A stretch of 52,198 nucleotides of DNA, the filler included, from Squatina squatina (taxonomy: Eukaryota): assembly GCA_031763465.1 (NCBI GenBank). It is 3 parts of 3 records of this genome, joined end to end, with 100 filler letters (N's around TTAATTAATTAA, not from the genome) between each part and the next. Parts side by side here need not be neighbours in the genome. Positions count along the whole stretch, not along the records: positions 1 to 15,877 come from JARFOE010000219.1; 2 more parts are not named here. One strand, written 5' to 3'. The translations under genes and the position numbers were made by a program. Below, piece after piece: positions 1 to 12,837 of the stretch. How positions within the stretch are numbered: position 1 is the stretch's first letter; each line of letters starts with the position of its first letter. Under the pieces are notes generated by a model. That model saw only the letters and a list, made by a program, of their open reading frames with translations. It did not search any database and was not told the origin of the DNA.

Positions 1-87
1 GAAGATGTAGTAGAAGCGGATGTAGATGCAGTAGCAGATACATATGCAGACGCAGAACTAGTCGCACAAGCAGACATTTCTGTCAGG
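1..87 (-). CDS. MARK3: MARK3 alternative spacer-region exon (partial, runs off window)
   Basis: Acceptor catcacag|C. In phase with exon 521-624 it reads (S)LTEMSACATSSASAYVSATASTSASTTSS. The SLTEM start matches the MARK1/MARK3 alternative exon that follows NGKENS/NGKDS. Confidence 0.8.
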
Positions 88-520
88 CTGTGATGAAGTG
101 TGGTTGAGATAGAGGCAGAAGCAGACAGAAGTACAACATGGAGCACAATGTTGAACAAGTGCAAATTAAATGAAAGCAAACACCATGCTGTTTAAAGAAG
201 TTAGCTGTGATTTTACCCTTTAAATTAAAAAACAGTGAAGACAGAAAAAGAAAAGCAGTTTTAAAACTGCAAAGCAGCTGCAAAGTACTCTACAGTTATT
301 TCAGTACTGTGTAATTTTTAGGCATCAAAGCTATTTTAGCATGTGGAAAGATCTATTGCAAGGGGTATATAGACACATTATACCTGAGGTATGTACAATG
401 TTCTATTTTAGCTTCCATCATTCCAACACAGATGTGTTTAGATATTATTAGTTTAGATAAATTGTTCTAAAATAGTGAATTCTGCACTGTTATAAAACAA
501 TCTTGATTCTAATTAATTAC

Positions 521-624
521 CTGTTTTCCTTCCCATTCTGTAATACTGAATGCCTGTCTACGTTTGTTCTTTCACTGCAAACGTATGTATTCCGTCGAGT
601 CATTCCTCCAGACACCGTGTTATT
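521..624 (-). CDS. MARK3: MARK3 internal exon (spacer region)
   Basis: cag|[34 protein letters not shown](S)|gtaatt; 104 nt; contains the MTRRNTYVC motif typical of MARK kinases. Confidence 0.95.
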
Positions 625-1012
625 CTGACGACAGATAAATAAGTATTGATTTCTTCAAAATTATTCAAAGCTGCTTCTCTGCTGATTCTATAATGTAATT
701 TCTCCTTTTATGCTTCTTCTGCTAGGATTGTGTATAATCTGAAATGCAGACCTCTATAGCAGCAACCAACAACATTCAATAATTAGCAAAGAGGAGGTGG
801 CCTCCTTCCAGCAGACACTGAAGCTTTCCACACAGCACTTCACCTAGTAACCTGGCCCAAAACTGGCAAAGCTTACTCGATAAAAACACTGGGCAATGAT
901 TGTTCAGGCTGGAATTCAGATATTTCAAACTCTGCGATGACTGCTCTACTGCTGGAGAATCTTTCATTAAAAAAGTTTGCTGTTGGAACCATATAACCTG
1001 AAATAATGTTTG

Positions 1013-1329
1013 CACTTTGGCTCAGTGGTAGCACTCTTGCCTGTGTGTCAGAAGGTTGCATGCTCAAACCACACTCCAGAGACTCGAGCGCATAATTCAT
1101 GCTGACACTTCAATGCAGTACTGAAGGAGTGCTGTACCTTTAGAGAGGCTGTCTTTTGGATGAGACATTAAACCGAGGGCCCGTCTGCCTTCTCAAGTGA
1201 ATATAAAAGACACCATCTGAAAAAGAGCAGGGAGTCCTCCACCCCCCCCACACCCCACACCTACCCCCCCACCCGTCCTAGTCAACATTTATACATTTAT
1301 TCCTCAACCAATACCAATAAATCAGATTA
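1013..1329 (+). mobile_element. tRNA-derived Deu-domain SINE (SacSINE1/AmnSINE1-like)
   Basis: tRNA A-box head tggctcagtggtag and Deu core gcagtactgaaggagtgctg...ggatgagacattaaaccgagg; same family as 17805 and 34069. Confidence 0.8.
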
Positions 1330-1453
1330 NNNNNNNNNNNNNNNNNNNNNNNNNNNNNNNNNNNNNNNNNNNNNNNNNNNNNNNNNNNNNNNNNNNNNNN
1401 NNNNNNNNNNNNNNNNNNNNNNNNNNNNNATATTGTGGCTGATTCACACTTAC

Positions 1454-1553
1454 CTATTCTCTTGGAATCTGTGATATCCAAATCTGGCTCTATAAAAGGT
1501 CTAAGCTCATCATCATCATGACCTGCATTAATCCATCGATCCTTCATGATTTG
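1454..1553 (-). CDS. MARK3: MARK3 internal exon (end of kinase domain/CD motif, before UBA)
   Basis: cag|[33 protein letters not shown]|gtaagt; 100 nt. Confidence 0.95.
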
Positions 1554-2804
1554 CTGTCATGAAAAGAATACAGATTAAACTTAAATTTAACAAACTAAAG
1601 TAGTACAGGTTGAAAGGGATCGCAGTTATGCATATGTGTGAAGGAGCATGAAACTAAAGTTGATTCATGGTTGCTAAAGCTCATCTGAAATGTACAGCGC
1701 AACTGATGGCTGCTTTCCAATCACTTCTCCTCATTGCTTGGGAAGGTAATAATTCATGTTAATTTCTGGTCCCATATGCACCAGCAGCAGTATTTTAGCA
1801 AAATAGACATTCATTGTGTGTGAGCCCAGATGGTGAGTTTCAGGAGGCTTCTGGATCATGGAGGTGAGTGGCATCACAGCCTGGCATAAATCTGCCCTCA
1901 TCTGAAATCCACACGAGTGCACTTTCCAAAAGGGGTCACTGGACATTCATCAAGAACATGGACCCTGATCTTTCCCCCAAGTCGTTGAAACGCATTGTAG
2001 TCCCACTGTCCCCTGGCCAAGGTCGGCTATGGATCATCCAAGAAAAATTGCTCAGTATGTTTATCTGTATATTCTTGTACCAACAGCTATAGGCAAGCTG
2101 CTTCAGTGGTACTCTGCCATATTTTCAAGTATGATGCTAGTCTCAGTTGTGATAAGATTGNNNNNNNNNNNNNNNNNNNNNNNNNNNNNNNNNNNNNNNN
2201 NNNNNNNNNNNNNNNNNNNNNNNNNNNNNNNNNNNNNNNNNNNNNNNNNNNNNNNNNNNNAAGGCTGATATGGGAAATGGTTCAAATACCAGGGGGATGC
2301 AGATTAAAAACTGGAGCTGGAAGGAAGAAAATCAAGCAAAATTCTTTTAAAAATACACAAAGACAAATAGAATTATAGAATAAATTATCAGGTAAGGCCA
2401 CTGAAGCAAACAGCATAAATAGTTTAAGAGGCAACTAGATATTCTTCTGGAAAGAGATGAGATCCTCAGATTTTTTTCATGAGACCAGGCAGTGACGGTG
2501 CCAAAGGCACCAGCAGTTTTCCATTATCTTTCCCAAGTGCTCTTTCCTTAGGTAGTGAATGTTGGTAATCTCTCTGGCCCATGAAATAATCACAGCATAC
2601 CTACAGTCCGCAAATAGCCAAGCACTTTCAGAATGGGTTAAAGCATAACAATCAATCAGCGAATTCCGATCATTTTTCCCCTTTTTATCCTGAGGAGACT
2701 GGGGGAAATTGCATTCACTCCCAGCTGAGTCTTACTAATTTAGCACAAACCATTAAGCTAACAAACGCTGTCCATTTTCACCATCTTACTGGCTCAATTG
2801 TCCT

Positions 2805-3225
2805 TTTGGCTCAGTTTATAGTACTTATGTCTCACGATCAGAAGGTCGTTGCTTCAAGCATACACCAGAACTGGACTGCATATTCTAGGTTGACACTCCA
2901 GTGGAGTAGTGAGGAAGTCCTGCATTGGTAGAGGTAATGTCCTTTGGCTGAAGCTCTGAAAGTGCCTTTTCTGATGGTTCGGGGTGTATTAAAGATAGTG
3001 TGGCACTTGTGGCACTATTCAAAACGCAAGTTTTCCTGCTGTCTTGGCCAATATACCACACTCAACGAAAACAAAAACCATTAGAAAACAGATCAACTGA
3101 TCATTTATTTCACTGCTGTTTGTAGGAAGTTGCATAAAGCTGCTGACAGAATAGTCAATACACTCCAAGACATAATTCATTGTATGAAGCCCGTTGAGAA
3201 GTTTAGACATAATACAGCACAAAAC
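2805..3225 (+). mobile_element. Degenerate Deu-domain SINE
   Basis: Colinear but diverged relative to the copy at 17805-18245. Confidence 0.65.
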
Positions 3226-3310
3226 AAGTAATTTCTCTCATTAAAGCCAGAAAAATACTAAATCTTCAAAATAAAATTGGACAATATTTTTTCAGTTGAA
3301 TTCTACTTAC

Positions 3311-3376
3311 CTCCACTTGCATATTCCATCGCTAAATAAAGAGTCTTCTCTGTTTCAATAACTTCAAATAATTTCA
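3311..3376 (-). CDS. MARK3: MARK3 kinase-domain exon
   Basis: ccag|(V)[21 protein letters not shown]|gtaagt; 66 nt. Confidence 0.95.
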
Positions 3377-3584
3377 CTGGAAAGCAAAAATGAAAAACTG
3401 GCATATTGATCAGCAGATAAACATCAAATTCAACACATTTACCCAACTACATTAATGTAATCAGAGAGCTCAATTTCAGCTAATTTATGAACGAGCAATA
3501 TATATATATATTTTTTTTTATTTTATGTTAAAAAGAATTTATTTTCCCTTTTCCCACATTTTTTTTCCTGTCTGTTTTTATCTT

Positions 3585-3935
3585 CTGAAGGCATTGGCTC
3601 CCCGGGGGATTATGGTTGTCATCTGCTACCTCGCCCAAGTGTCCATCTTTCATTTGTAGGTCTAGACAGTAAATGTTGGCATGGTTGGAGGGTTCTTCAC
3701 AGCCAAGACCAATCTTATTCGCATCAGATGTCCAGCAGCGGTCCTATACAAAAATGAAGAGTGGGAACCAGGGTTGAATTTGCCCTCTAATCAAGGGGCA
3801 GTAAAGCCAATTGTCATGTCCCTTCCAGTGAGATCAGCTAAATCTGCACACACCATGGATCAAACCTGGCATCGTCCTGGTCTGTATTGCTCAGCTACTC
3901 ACTGTTTAAACTAGCTGAGCCATTGGGGGAGCCTT
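3585..3935 (-). mobile_element. tRNA-derived SINE of a second family
   Basis: Minus-strand head tggctcagctag and body ggacacttgggcgaggtag. Related diverged pieces occur near 22890-23140, 38860-38980 and 49735-49800. Confidence 0.6.
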
Positions 3936-4601
3936 GGTTTCATATTTTTTTATTTATTAATTAAATAGAAACAATATGATCATTTAGAAATGTCTGTGAA
4001 CTTAAAAAATAGCTGACAGTATATTGGAATCGAAAAGACAGGTTTCACTGCATCTGTTGATGGTTTAAATAAGCCAGGTAAAGAAACCTAGCTTGAACAA
4101 GAACCAGAGGAAATGAATCATAAATAGGTGTGAAATGTACTTTTGCATCCTGCAGATCACAAGTAGCAGGGAAGCAAATAAAAACAGTAGGGAAGGATTC
4201 AACACAAATGGGAAAAGGCAGCAAGGTTACTTGTGAAGCCTCCAATTTGTTTCTCATCTTATGAAAGCAGATAGGTCAATATTACAACAATTTTGCCATT
4301 CTAAGTGATTATGTGATGATCATATGGAAAATGTAGTGCTGCTCAACAAAATGATTTTAACTTCGAGAGATGTGAGGTTCAGATATATGGTTATATTACC
4401 TAAAATTAAAAATATTTAAAATTGTAATCTAGATTGTTTTTACAGATGTTTAACAGTGTACATGGAATTATAGATTGCACATACATTGGCACCTGCAACT
4501 GTTTTCAAATTATACACCCCCACCCAGCCTATACCCTTGACCCCATTATCACTCAGACTGCTTATACTACTTCATTCACAGATACGTGCCAATAATACTG
4601 C

Positions 4602-4751
4602 AACAACTTATATTTATATAGTGCCTTTAACGTGGTAAAATGTCACAAGGCACTTCAGAGGCACGTTCTAAATCAAAATTTGACACTGAGCCACAAAGAG
4701 ATATTAGGGCAGATGAGCAAAAGCTTGGTCAAAGAGGTAGGTCTTGAGGAG
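4602..4751 (-). mobile_element. L2-type LINE 3' end
   Basis: Reverse complement matches the L2 tail at 48500-48666 (cctacctctttgaccaagc...tataaataagttgttg). Confidence 0.7.
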
Positions 4752-7026
4752 NNNNNNNNNNNNNNNNNNNNNNNNNNNNNNNNNNNNNNNNNNNNNNNNN
4801 NNNNNNNNNNNNNNNNNNNNNNNNNNNNNNNNNNNNNNNNNNNNNNNNNNNAAAACTCGTACTTCACAGTCAGATGTCCACCACTCTCCAGAGAGATGAT
4901 ATCCATGACTTTTCATACTCACTCATGATGCAAGACTTTAGTCATATGCAAGTATGTTTTGATTTGTCCAGAGAACAGTCATTTTAAGCTAAAGAGCTTA
5001 GTAGCATGTGTCAAAGAGGTTTGGTCCAGCATCTGGGTTGAGTTCAGGAAACCATCAATTTAACTTGATGACATTTGTTTCACTATGGAAGATACTCTTT
5101 GATTTACTGTCTCCCAGTTTTGAACTTCAAAGTGTGTGAGGTATATCCCAGGCAGTGTGCTCCTAACTCTTTAGTTCCTGAGCCCAGTGAGATAGAGGCT
5201 GTCGGCTCCATGTTGGGAGACAAAACCTTACATATAAATTATGCAACAGATGCTGGTTCAGATTTAGTATTACTAAGAGAATTAGCAAAGCATTGCACCT
5301 TTTATTACTTTATTTACCCAAGGAGTCAGAGGTTAAAAGTTCTGTAATCAAGTGAAATCTGCTGTATTAATTTTCTGCTATGGTTTAATTTTTACTTTGA
5401 ATATAAATTCTGATTCTTGGTTTGTAGCCTAAGGCATATGGTCTGATAATGTGCTTATTCTTCAACTATCTGAAAACTAAGAAAACACAAGAAGGCTCCT
5501 GCCAATTCCACAGTGAGTGAATTACAGTAACAAAGGTGTTTGTTCAACCTGGACAATGCTAAATTCCGATATTGTGCATATATGGTCATACTTCAGTTTG
5601 GAGGAAGTGAGGGTTTACTTACAGGAGTGGTCTTTGGTGCAGAGCACAAAAGAAATGTTTGGTGAAGCCCTAAAATCTCAACAGTGCCCACTCTACGTGA
5701 CCCCAGAGGCTAGAGTCAGTTCGTGCCAGTACAAGAGTTCGCATTCACATCTGAGCACTGAGATTTGCATTTAAAAAAGGCTGTCAATCCCAGTTAGGCC
5801 AATGGCATCCTGCTGGAGATAGATGGTGGATATCATATGAGTGGATATAATATGTGCTTTTACACGTGGGGTGAAAAGTGACAAAAGGTGATTAAATGCA
5901 CTTTCTCCACAATATTAATGTACCTTTTAATATATACTGCATTCTCTGATTTTTAAAACTATTCTGAATCATTTGCTATACAGTTAACTTAGGCTGGGAT
6001 TAATTGAAATCAAGAATCAATACACTCCATGGCTTATGACATATTTCCCATGAGATTCAGCACCATCTGCATCTATACTGCAATACCAACATATCTAACC
6101 TTGAAGATTCTCTCCAATATTCTGCAAGCAGTGGGCGCTTGCTACTTGAATTGCCAGCGAGACTAGGTAGATTTTAAAAGCACAAGTGAGAATACCAATC
6201 CTATTTTATAGTTTGCGAAAATGTCCTGAATTAGAAATTTGATGCAATGGCTTTAAAGAATGTTATAATTTAGGCAATTATCCCAATACACTTTATTCAT
6301 GCTCACTGCAAAAGTTAGCTTCCAGAAACAAGTGTGTGTGAAGTATATGCAATAGTGTGGCACAAGGTGCACAATGAACCCTTATATCATTGGGTATGTG
6401 CTGGAAAGAGGACAGTCTGCCCACTGTTCCTCCTGATTGCTCAGATAGATGGAAAAACATCACAGTGGCTAAATTTGGCTAAAACAAGAGAAAGCAATAG
6501 GAAGCCAGTATAGATCAGTGAGGCTAGGGAAGATGGGTGAGCGGGACTTAATGCAGGATAGGATATGGACCTCTGAGTTTTGAATGAGTTGGTGTTTATG
6601 GATGCAGGATGAGGAAGGCTAGCTAATTAACTAATAACCTAGGAATTACTTAGAGCTTCTGTTGATTACAGTACGAATGGAGCCCGGAGTGCATCAAGAA
6701 CATTATCCAAATAGAGTTATGGTTTATCTTCTGAGCTTAATGAGCAAATACCTTGCTAGACTCGAACAGGAGTGATGGTAGTTGAAACCATAAGTTCTTG
6801 TCGAGTAGTTAGATACCTACCAAAGAACTGTACCTCAGACTTAGGGCAGAGCATATTAGCCCATCATAACTACACCAGAGCATACTAGCCCATTGGAGTT
6901 TGGGCAGAGCAGATCAGCTCCAGAGTTACAGCAAAGCATCATCTTAAGTAAAAAAAAATTTCAACAGGAAAAAGTGGTTCTGTGCCCAATTTATCCCTCA
7001 AAATTATGGGAAACAAAAACACGTAC

Positions 7027-7075
7027 CTATATTTGGATGGTTCAAACATTTCATTATTCTTACTTCCCTGAAAAG
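7027..7075 (-). CDS. MARK3: MARK3 kinase-domain exon (alphaC helix)
   Basis: ttcag|LFREVRIMKCLNHPNI|gtacgt; 49 nt. Confidence 0.95.
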
Positions 7076-9671
7076 CTGAAAGAAAAAAGAAAATGTGGTT
7101 AAAAGAGCATATTTCACTAATGAGCTTTGAGTCCTTAATATAGTGCTCTTTGATCATTTGATTTTATAACTGTAACACAATACAGAAGGATCCATCATCA
7201 CAGCTTTAATGCTACAGTGGAGCCAGCTCAATTTTGTTATTTATTCCTCCCAATCATGTACAAATCCCTCTCTCCCCAAGCCCCCACACCCCCAGCCAAA
7301 GTATCTGCCAAAAGAAGGTATGATGCTTTGGGGTTTTCACCACTGTTGTGTGAACCTGCTGCCTCAAAGTATATGAAGGCAGGTTGGGATGACTCTCCCG
7401 CAAAGCATGGCACTACTATACCAAATCATACAGCCACTAAAAGGAAAAATAAAAATCTTCATAATATAGTCAAATAAAATTTGTTTTGAATCACAGTGCA
7501 ATCATGGATGATAGTATACAAACTTCCATCTCTTGTAGTTCCATTCAGGTTGGGCCATGATGACCTTTACTGAATAGGGTTTCTCCCAGGAATTGTAAGG
7601 TGCCATCCAGAATCAGTTCATGGACATCTATTTTATGCATCCACTACACACGCACATACAGGCACGGGTTAATGTTATTTTGGTTGCAATGCATGTCCTT
7701 GCCATTTCTAATGAAGGTCACTCAACAAGTCAAGTTGTCCTAGAGCACATTTCATCTCAACAAAATGTACACCTCTTAGGCCAATAATAGATTCACTCAA
7801 AACATTTGACAAAAGGATATAACTAAACTCAAAGCTGTGGGGATTCAGGGTAAATTATGGGAATGCAGAAGAAATTGGCTGATGGGTNNNNNNNNNNNNN
7901 NNNNNNNNNNNNNNNNNNNNNNNNNNNNNNNNNNNNNNNNNNNNNNNNNNNNNNNNNNNNNNNNNNNNNNNNNNNNNNNNNNNNNNNCAATTCTGCTGTC
8001 GGGATAAGAGGTCCGGTTTCAACAAAGTAAATGTAGCATTGCTATCACTCTCGTGCGATCTAAAACCATAAAAGTGGCAAATGTAAAAATGCTGACATAT
8101 ACACCCATCAAAAAACAACCAAATAGAAAAGGCCTGAGACAGTCCATCCTTGAACTCAACTCAAAACCCACAACCTTCTGGGTCAGGCTCAAACGCTCAA
8201 TTACTTAAAGCTATAATTTTAGTCTTACGCAGTTGAAGACAAATTTCTTGCACAATATTTAGAATTAAATTTTAAATCTTCATAATAGTACAGTCAAACA
8301 TTCAGTACGTTGTTTTATAAATAGTACTCTTTCACAATTAAAATTGATTTAAAAACAGAACCCAAGCTATTTAGAATTAGGAGAAAAATGCAACTGCGAA
8401 TGTGGAGGAAATATCAAGATTAACAGAAAAGGTGGAGGCTGTGGTTCATGAATGCTGCTGTTACCACAACTTTGTTCTTTGACTTGCATTATCAATGTGT
8501 TACCTCAGCCAAGCACAGACAAGGCTTTTGTAAACTTTTAAATAGACTTATTAGAATAATGTAATCAACAAGTGGAGAATATAGATTAAAAACACCTTCA
8601 GAGGCAAGTGAAAATACATTCCTTATAAGACCTAGAGAGGCTGAATTTTTAAAATCTGCATAATTAAGCCTAAGTTCATACTTTATACATTACTATGGCT
8701 TTAAGTAATTCATGTCAAAAAGTGCAATGTTAAAAAGTGGTAAAAACAGCACTACAGGCACTGAGTAACTTTCAACTGTTCCAAAATAAGAGCATATTAT
8801 TAAAACCTAGTAACTGTATGTTTAGCATCTGGATGTATGAAATTAAAGTTAAGTTCAGCAAAAAAAAGAGCATCTTGAAAAAAACTGCAAGGCCTTTGTG
8901 GCTGAAAATGTCTGCACGTGGTTAAGCTACACTTCCGCAGCAACTAACCCCATCTCNNNNNNNNNNNNNNNNNNNNNNNNNNNNNNNNNNNNNNNNNNNN
9001 NNNNNNNNNNNNNNNNNNNNNNNNNNNNNNNNNNNNNNNNNNNNNNNNNNNNNNNNCATACTTGTTGTAACAGGCATGCTATCTATTTAAAATGACAAAT
9101 GCAAGTAGCAAAACCCTGGGGCTTTAAAAATTCTGGTCTTAAATACTGTATTGTTTCCTAACAAATATATTCCTTTTAAATAGGCTTAGTGTATAACAAA
9201 GCCATGATGTTAACAAAGTACAATGATGAGGCGATGCCTTAAATAAACTGGTTCCATTTCAATTCTTACTTTGCACTGTAAATTCCATAAAACTGAAGTA
9301 GCTGCTCACTTAACACTCACAACTGATCAAATAATTCAGTCAAATCTAACGCCTGCGCGATGCGCTCTGACACCTGTCAGCTACCCTGAGCCGTGTTGAC
9401 ACACGAGAGGTGGAAGACAAACACTCACAGCAAAACAGGAAGATGTGAGCGAGTTAACCGGGCATCCAAATTTTAGCCAGAAAAGCTTTTCAAATCAACC
9501 CAACTCAAGGCATTTATTCCGGTTTACCGGCGGAACATTTCCAAGTCACGTCCAAGTTCATTCCATGATCAAGGCCAAGTTGGACATTTACACTCTCAAG
9601 TTCACAGGGTGTACGATATCCCATGTGCCCTTTTCCTGGGTCTCATTTACTCTATATTAAAGATTACTTAC

Positions 9672-9722
9672 ATGCTCTGTTTCGCGTTCATTCACTGTCG
9701 GTAATGGCGTTCGAGTAGACAT
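9672..9722 (-). CDS. MARK3: MARK3 first coding exon
   Basis: aaaATG...MSTRTPLPTVNERETEH|gtaagt; 51 nt. The N-terminus matches MARK3 rather than MARK1/2/4. Confidence 0.95.
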
Positions 9723-9849
9723 TTTGTTTTTCTTCTGGTTCCAATTTAGCACCGTTGCCGGAATAATTGTATTAGTCTCGATTCAACAGAACATGAATGT
9801 CCACAAGCAATGGGCTTTAACGGCCCGAGGGACTGTATTTATATTGTAC

Positions 9850-10600
9850 CTAGCGACATCCAGCAGCGTATAACCAATACACGCCTAGAAAAGCCAAATA
9901 TCGTTCAGATCCGTCCACATTTTCTGACATCTAAATAACGTGCAAAGAGATTAGGAAATATTCAAGTGCAATTGTTTCCAAACGCTGTCGATTGCTGAGT
10001 TCTGCGCCCAGAGGAGGAGCTGTTGCTGCTGCTGCTGCTGCCACAGTTAGGACAAACCCCACAGCCAGGACAAACCCCACAGCCAGCAGTGACTTCCCAG
10101 CCTCAATAACAAGGCCCGGCTTCAGCAGTGGGGGCAGCGCTCACCGGCCGCTTGCCGCACAGCTTCCCGGCTCCGAGACGGCGAAAGACGTGGCGTTTCC
10201 CAACTCCACTTCTCGGCCCTCTTAACATGGGGAGAGCGGGGAGACGGAGCGATGTCAGGGGCCGCCAGAGGTGTGGAGGCAGAGAGAGATTGAGAGAGGA
10301 GAATTGGGGAGGGGGTGTCCGTGTGAAAATGGCCGCCCGGCTCTGACTGATCGCCAAGCCCAGGGCAGCGGCAGGAAACGCGTCACCCGCCGCCTGCCCA
10401 CCGCTCGGCCGGACCGGAAGCGGCGGCTGCAAACTGACTGCGATTGAAGACAAACAGGTGAGAAGAGGGAGAGAGGGGGCTGGGTTTGGGCCGCACTGCG
10501 TCAGGGAACTTCACACATACAGCCAAAATAAGGCAAGCCGAGCTAACGAAGCCGATCCCACAGCCAGGATCTCACGGCCTCGAAACCCCACCCCCATCAT
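9850..10600 (-). promoter_or_regulatory. CpG-island promoter and 5' leader of MARK3
   Basis: GC- and CpG-rich block directly upstream of the MARK3 ATG. YY1-like AAAATGGCCGCC at 10326-10337 and ETS-like ACCGGAAG at 10413-10420. Confidence 0.8.
10021..10087. repeat. (GCT)n triplet run plus 18-bp tandem duplication
   Basis: tgttgctgctgctgctgctgc followed by two copies of aggacaaaccccacagcc. Confidence 0.8.
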
Positions 10601-11384
10601 CTCCCTCCTCCAATACAACCTCCACCAGCAATAGGCCAATTCAGAGATAGACGTCCTCCCCAGAGAAAGGCAGTTACATTTTGGCAGCGTAAAGCATAAA
10701 CTTAGGCCGGCTGTTGATTTGCTTAATTTTCTAGAGATGTGATACGCCCAATTGTGTAGAAATGCGGCTATTTTTAAAAGGCGTACAACTCTTCGAAACT
10801 GGTTACCCTTTTCTCACAGAAAATGGGTGTAGGTCTTCCCTCTCAAAAATCGGGTATAATATGCGTGTCATCGTTCTGTCTTCGTTTTAATCTACGCATG
10901 TATCTTGTTATCCTTTATTTAAAAAATAAGTTGAGTGGGATATAATGTAAATCCATTTATGTCAACAGAGCTCTGTTGCATTCTTAGTAAAATGCGCAAA
11001 CAGGTAGCTCTTTTAGAGCAAAATCGGCGAGACACACTTATGTTCGTGGGTTGTTGAGATACTTGCAGAATGATGGAGTCGACACAGCTTTGTAACGGTT
11101 AACCTTTTACTTACATAACTACACGCTCTCGCTTGTTCTTTTGCAAGACCTCGAAACTATGCAACGCCTCAACACCCAACCTCCCTCCCCCCACTCCGCA
11201 GTCTTCTCCTTCCCCTACAATCTGCCAGTGTTCAAGTCCCAAGCTTGGTGTCACCTATCTCCTAATTCTTCATTAGCTTGACTGAGCACATCTTCCCGCC
11301 TCCTCTTTTCAACCTTACTGGTATCTGGACATCTCTTCACCTGGAGTTTCAATAATAAAAAAACTTCACTAATTCACAAATTCA

Positions 11385-11510
11385 ATCAATTAGTCATTCA
11401 TTCACTCACTGATTTATTGAGGGACTCACCCTTGTCACTGTTTACCTGACTCAGTCACTCACTCACTGACAGACTCATTCGACACCTCACTCACTCACAC
11501 ACTCAGTACC
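11385..11510. repeat. Degenerate (TCAC/TCAT)n simple repeat
   Basis: Runs such as tcattcattcactcact and cactcactcacacactc. Confidence 0.7.
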
Positions 11511-11812
11511 CCCTATCTCCAGGTCATTCCACCCCTTCACTTATTTTAACTGTGTAATAAAGAAAATGAAAGCTGTGTTCGATGCTTAGTGTTGCTGAAA
11601 AGAGACAAGGATCCAGCAGATTGGTTGATATTTCTTTATGGTAAACAGAAGATATTCTTTCTACAAGCCACTGGTACATAACAGTCTCTTACATTAAATA
11701 TGTTGCCAAGAAAACTCCCTTGGTTTCTGGAACCTTCCACCAGCCGAGGGATTCCCTGTCACTACAAACACAGAGATATCAGTATACATGGTTTTTCCTC
11801 ACATTTAAAAAA

Positions 11813-11818
11813 TTTATT
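11813..11818 (-). terminator. Candidate EIF5 polyadenylation signal (AATAAA)
   Basis: tttatt on the plus strand, roughly 0.95 kb of assembled sequence downstream of the EIF5 stop. Other AATAAA candidates lie nearer the stop. Confidence 0.35.
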
Positions 11819-12762
11819 AAGGACACAGCGTTACATAAACATGACAATTACTAAAACTGTGGGCTACCGACAGTGACTGGGGATCACAGAATGGAGGTGG
11901 ACTATGGTCTGTGCAGAAACACTGTNNNNNNNNNNNNNNNNNNNNNNNNNNNNNNNNNNNNNNNNNNNNNNNNNNNNNNNNNNNNNNNNNNNNNNNNNNN
12001 NNNNNNNNNNNNNNNNNNNNNNNNNCGAGCAAATAAGGGAAGTTAGAATGAAGTGTTAAAAAAAAACTAACCAGTTGATTTGTGAATTTTACTTGCATTT
12101 CTCTTGTGCTTGGTACAAAGACCATTCCGGTCAGCGATCACTTGCTCCCTACACATCGGTGTGTGACTTTATAATCACAAAACCTGGCAATATAGTCAGC
12201 CCAGGGATTAAACAGAGACCCTCACGGCCCTACTTATCTTACTGGAAACGCCACCAGCTCCCTTGCGATGATCTTGACTTCAGAAAATGGTCAAATGAAC
12301 GTCAATTTGACCAGGAATAAAAGAAATCAAATACATGTACTTCAGACTTAGTTAACAATCATTATACACTTGAGAGAAAATATCTGCAGCCCCAGGGGCT
12401 ACCCCTTGGAATGACAGCATATTCTGGCTGCTAGGCATGAGCCAAAAATCCTTTGCCTTGCTGCAACTGCATTTAACCATACCTGGACCAAAGCAAGCTT
12501 CTGATGAAATCAACACAAATGGCTTTGCAATTAACACATTAAAGCTAATATGTCTCATCTCAGCCAGTTTGTGTTTTTCTCGAAGTGGGTACACTGCGAT
12601 AATAGGTTACTTCTTTATTCAAAACTGGTTTTAAATCCAAAAACACTGGAGAAAAAAAGACAGGACAATATTACACCACAAACAAAACACTTCATTTTAT
12701 TACCTTGCTCAAGGTGGTTTGTGCTCAACACATCGTATTGCGAGTGGAACCCTTGCTCACTC

Positions 12763-12837
12763 TCAATTTGGTTCCTTTGTCTTAATGGTTTTCACAGTTT
12801 CCACTTTCAGTTCTCTTGCAGAGCTGTCATACACCAC
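12763..12837 (-). CDS. EIF5: eIF5 last coding exon (divergent C-terminus)
   Basis: cag|VVYDSSARELKVETVKTIKTKEPN*. The VVY..ARELKVETVK stretch matches vertebrate eIF5. Confidence 0.85.
   Translation of the reverse strand: MVYDSSARELKVETVKTIKTKEPN

Noticed and set aside
6847-6912. Repeat-spacer pattern (cagagcataYtagcccat x2) resembling a CRISPR array
   Set aside because: Only two copies, vertebrate DNA and no cas genes; a local duplication.
7450-8300. Two similar AT-rich motifs (aaatcttcataata...agtcaaa) as possible duplicated MARK3 exon 4
   Set aside because: No splice sites or open frame; low-complexity coincidence is likely.
9992-10453. Overlapping ORFs on both strands
   Set aside because: Expected from stop-codon scarcity in a GC-rich promoter and leader; no homology recognised.
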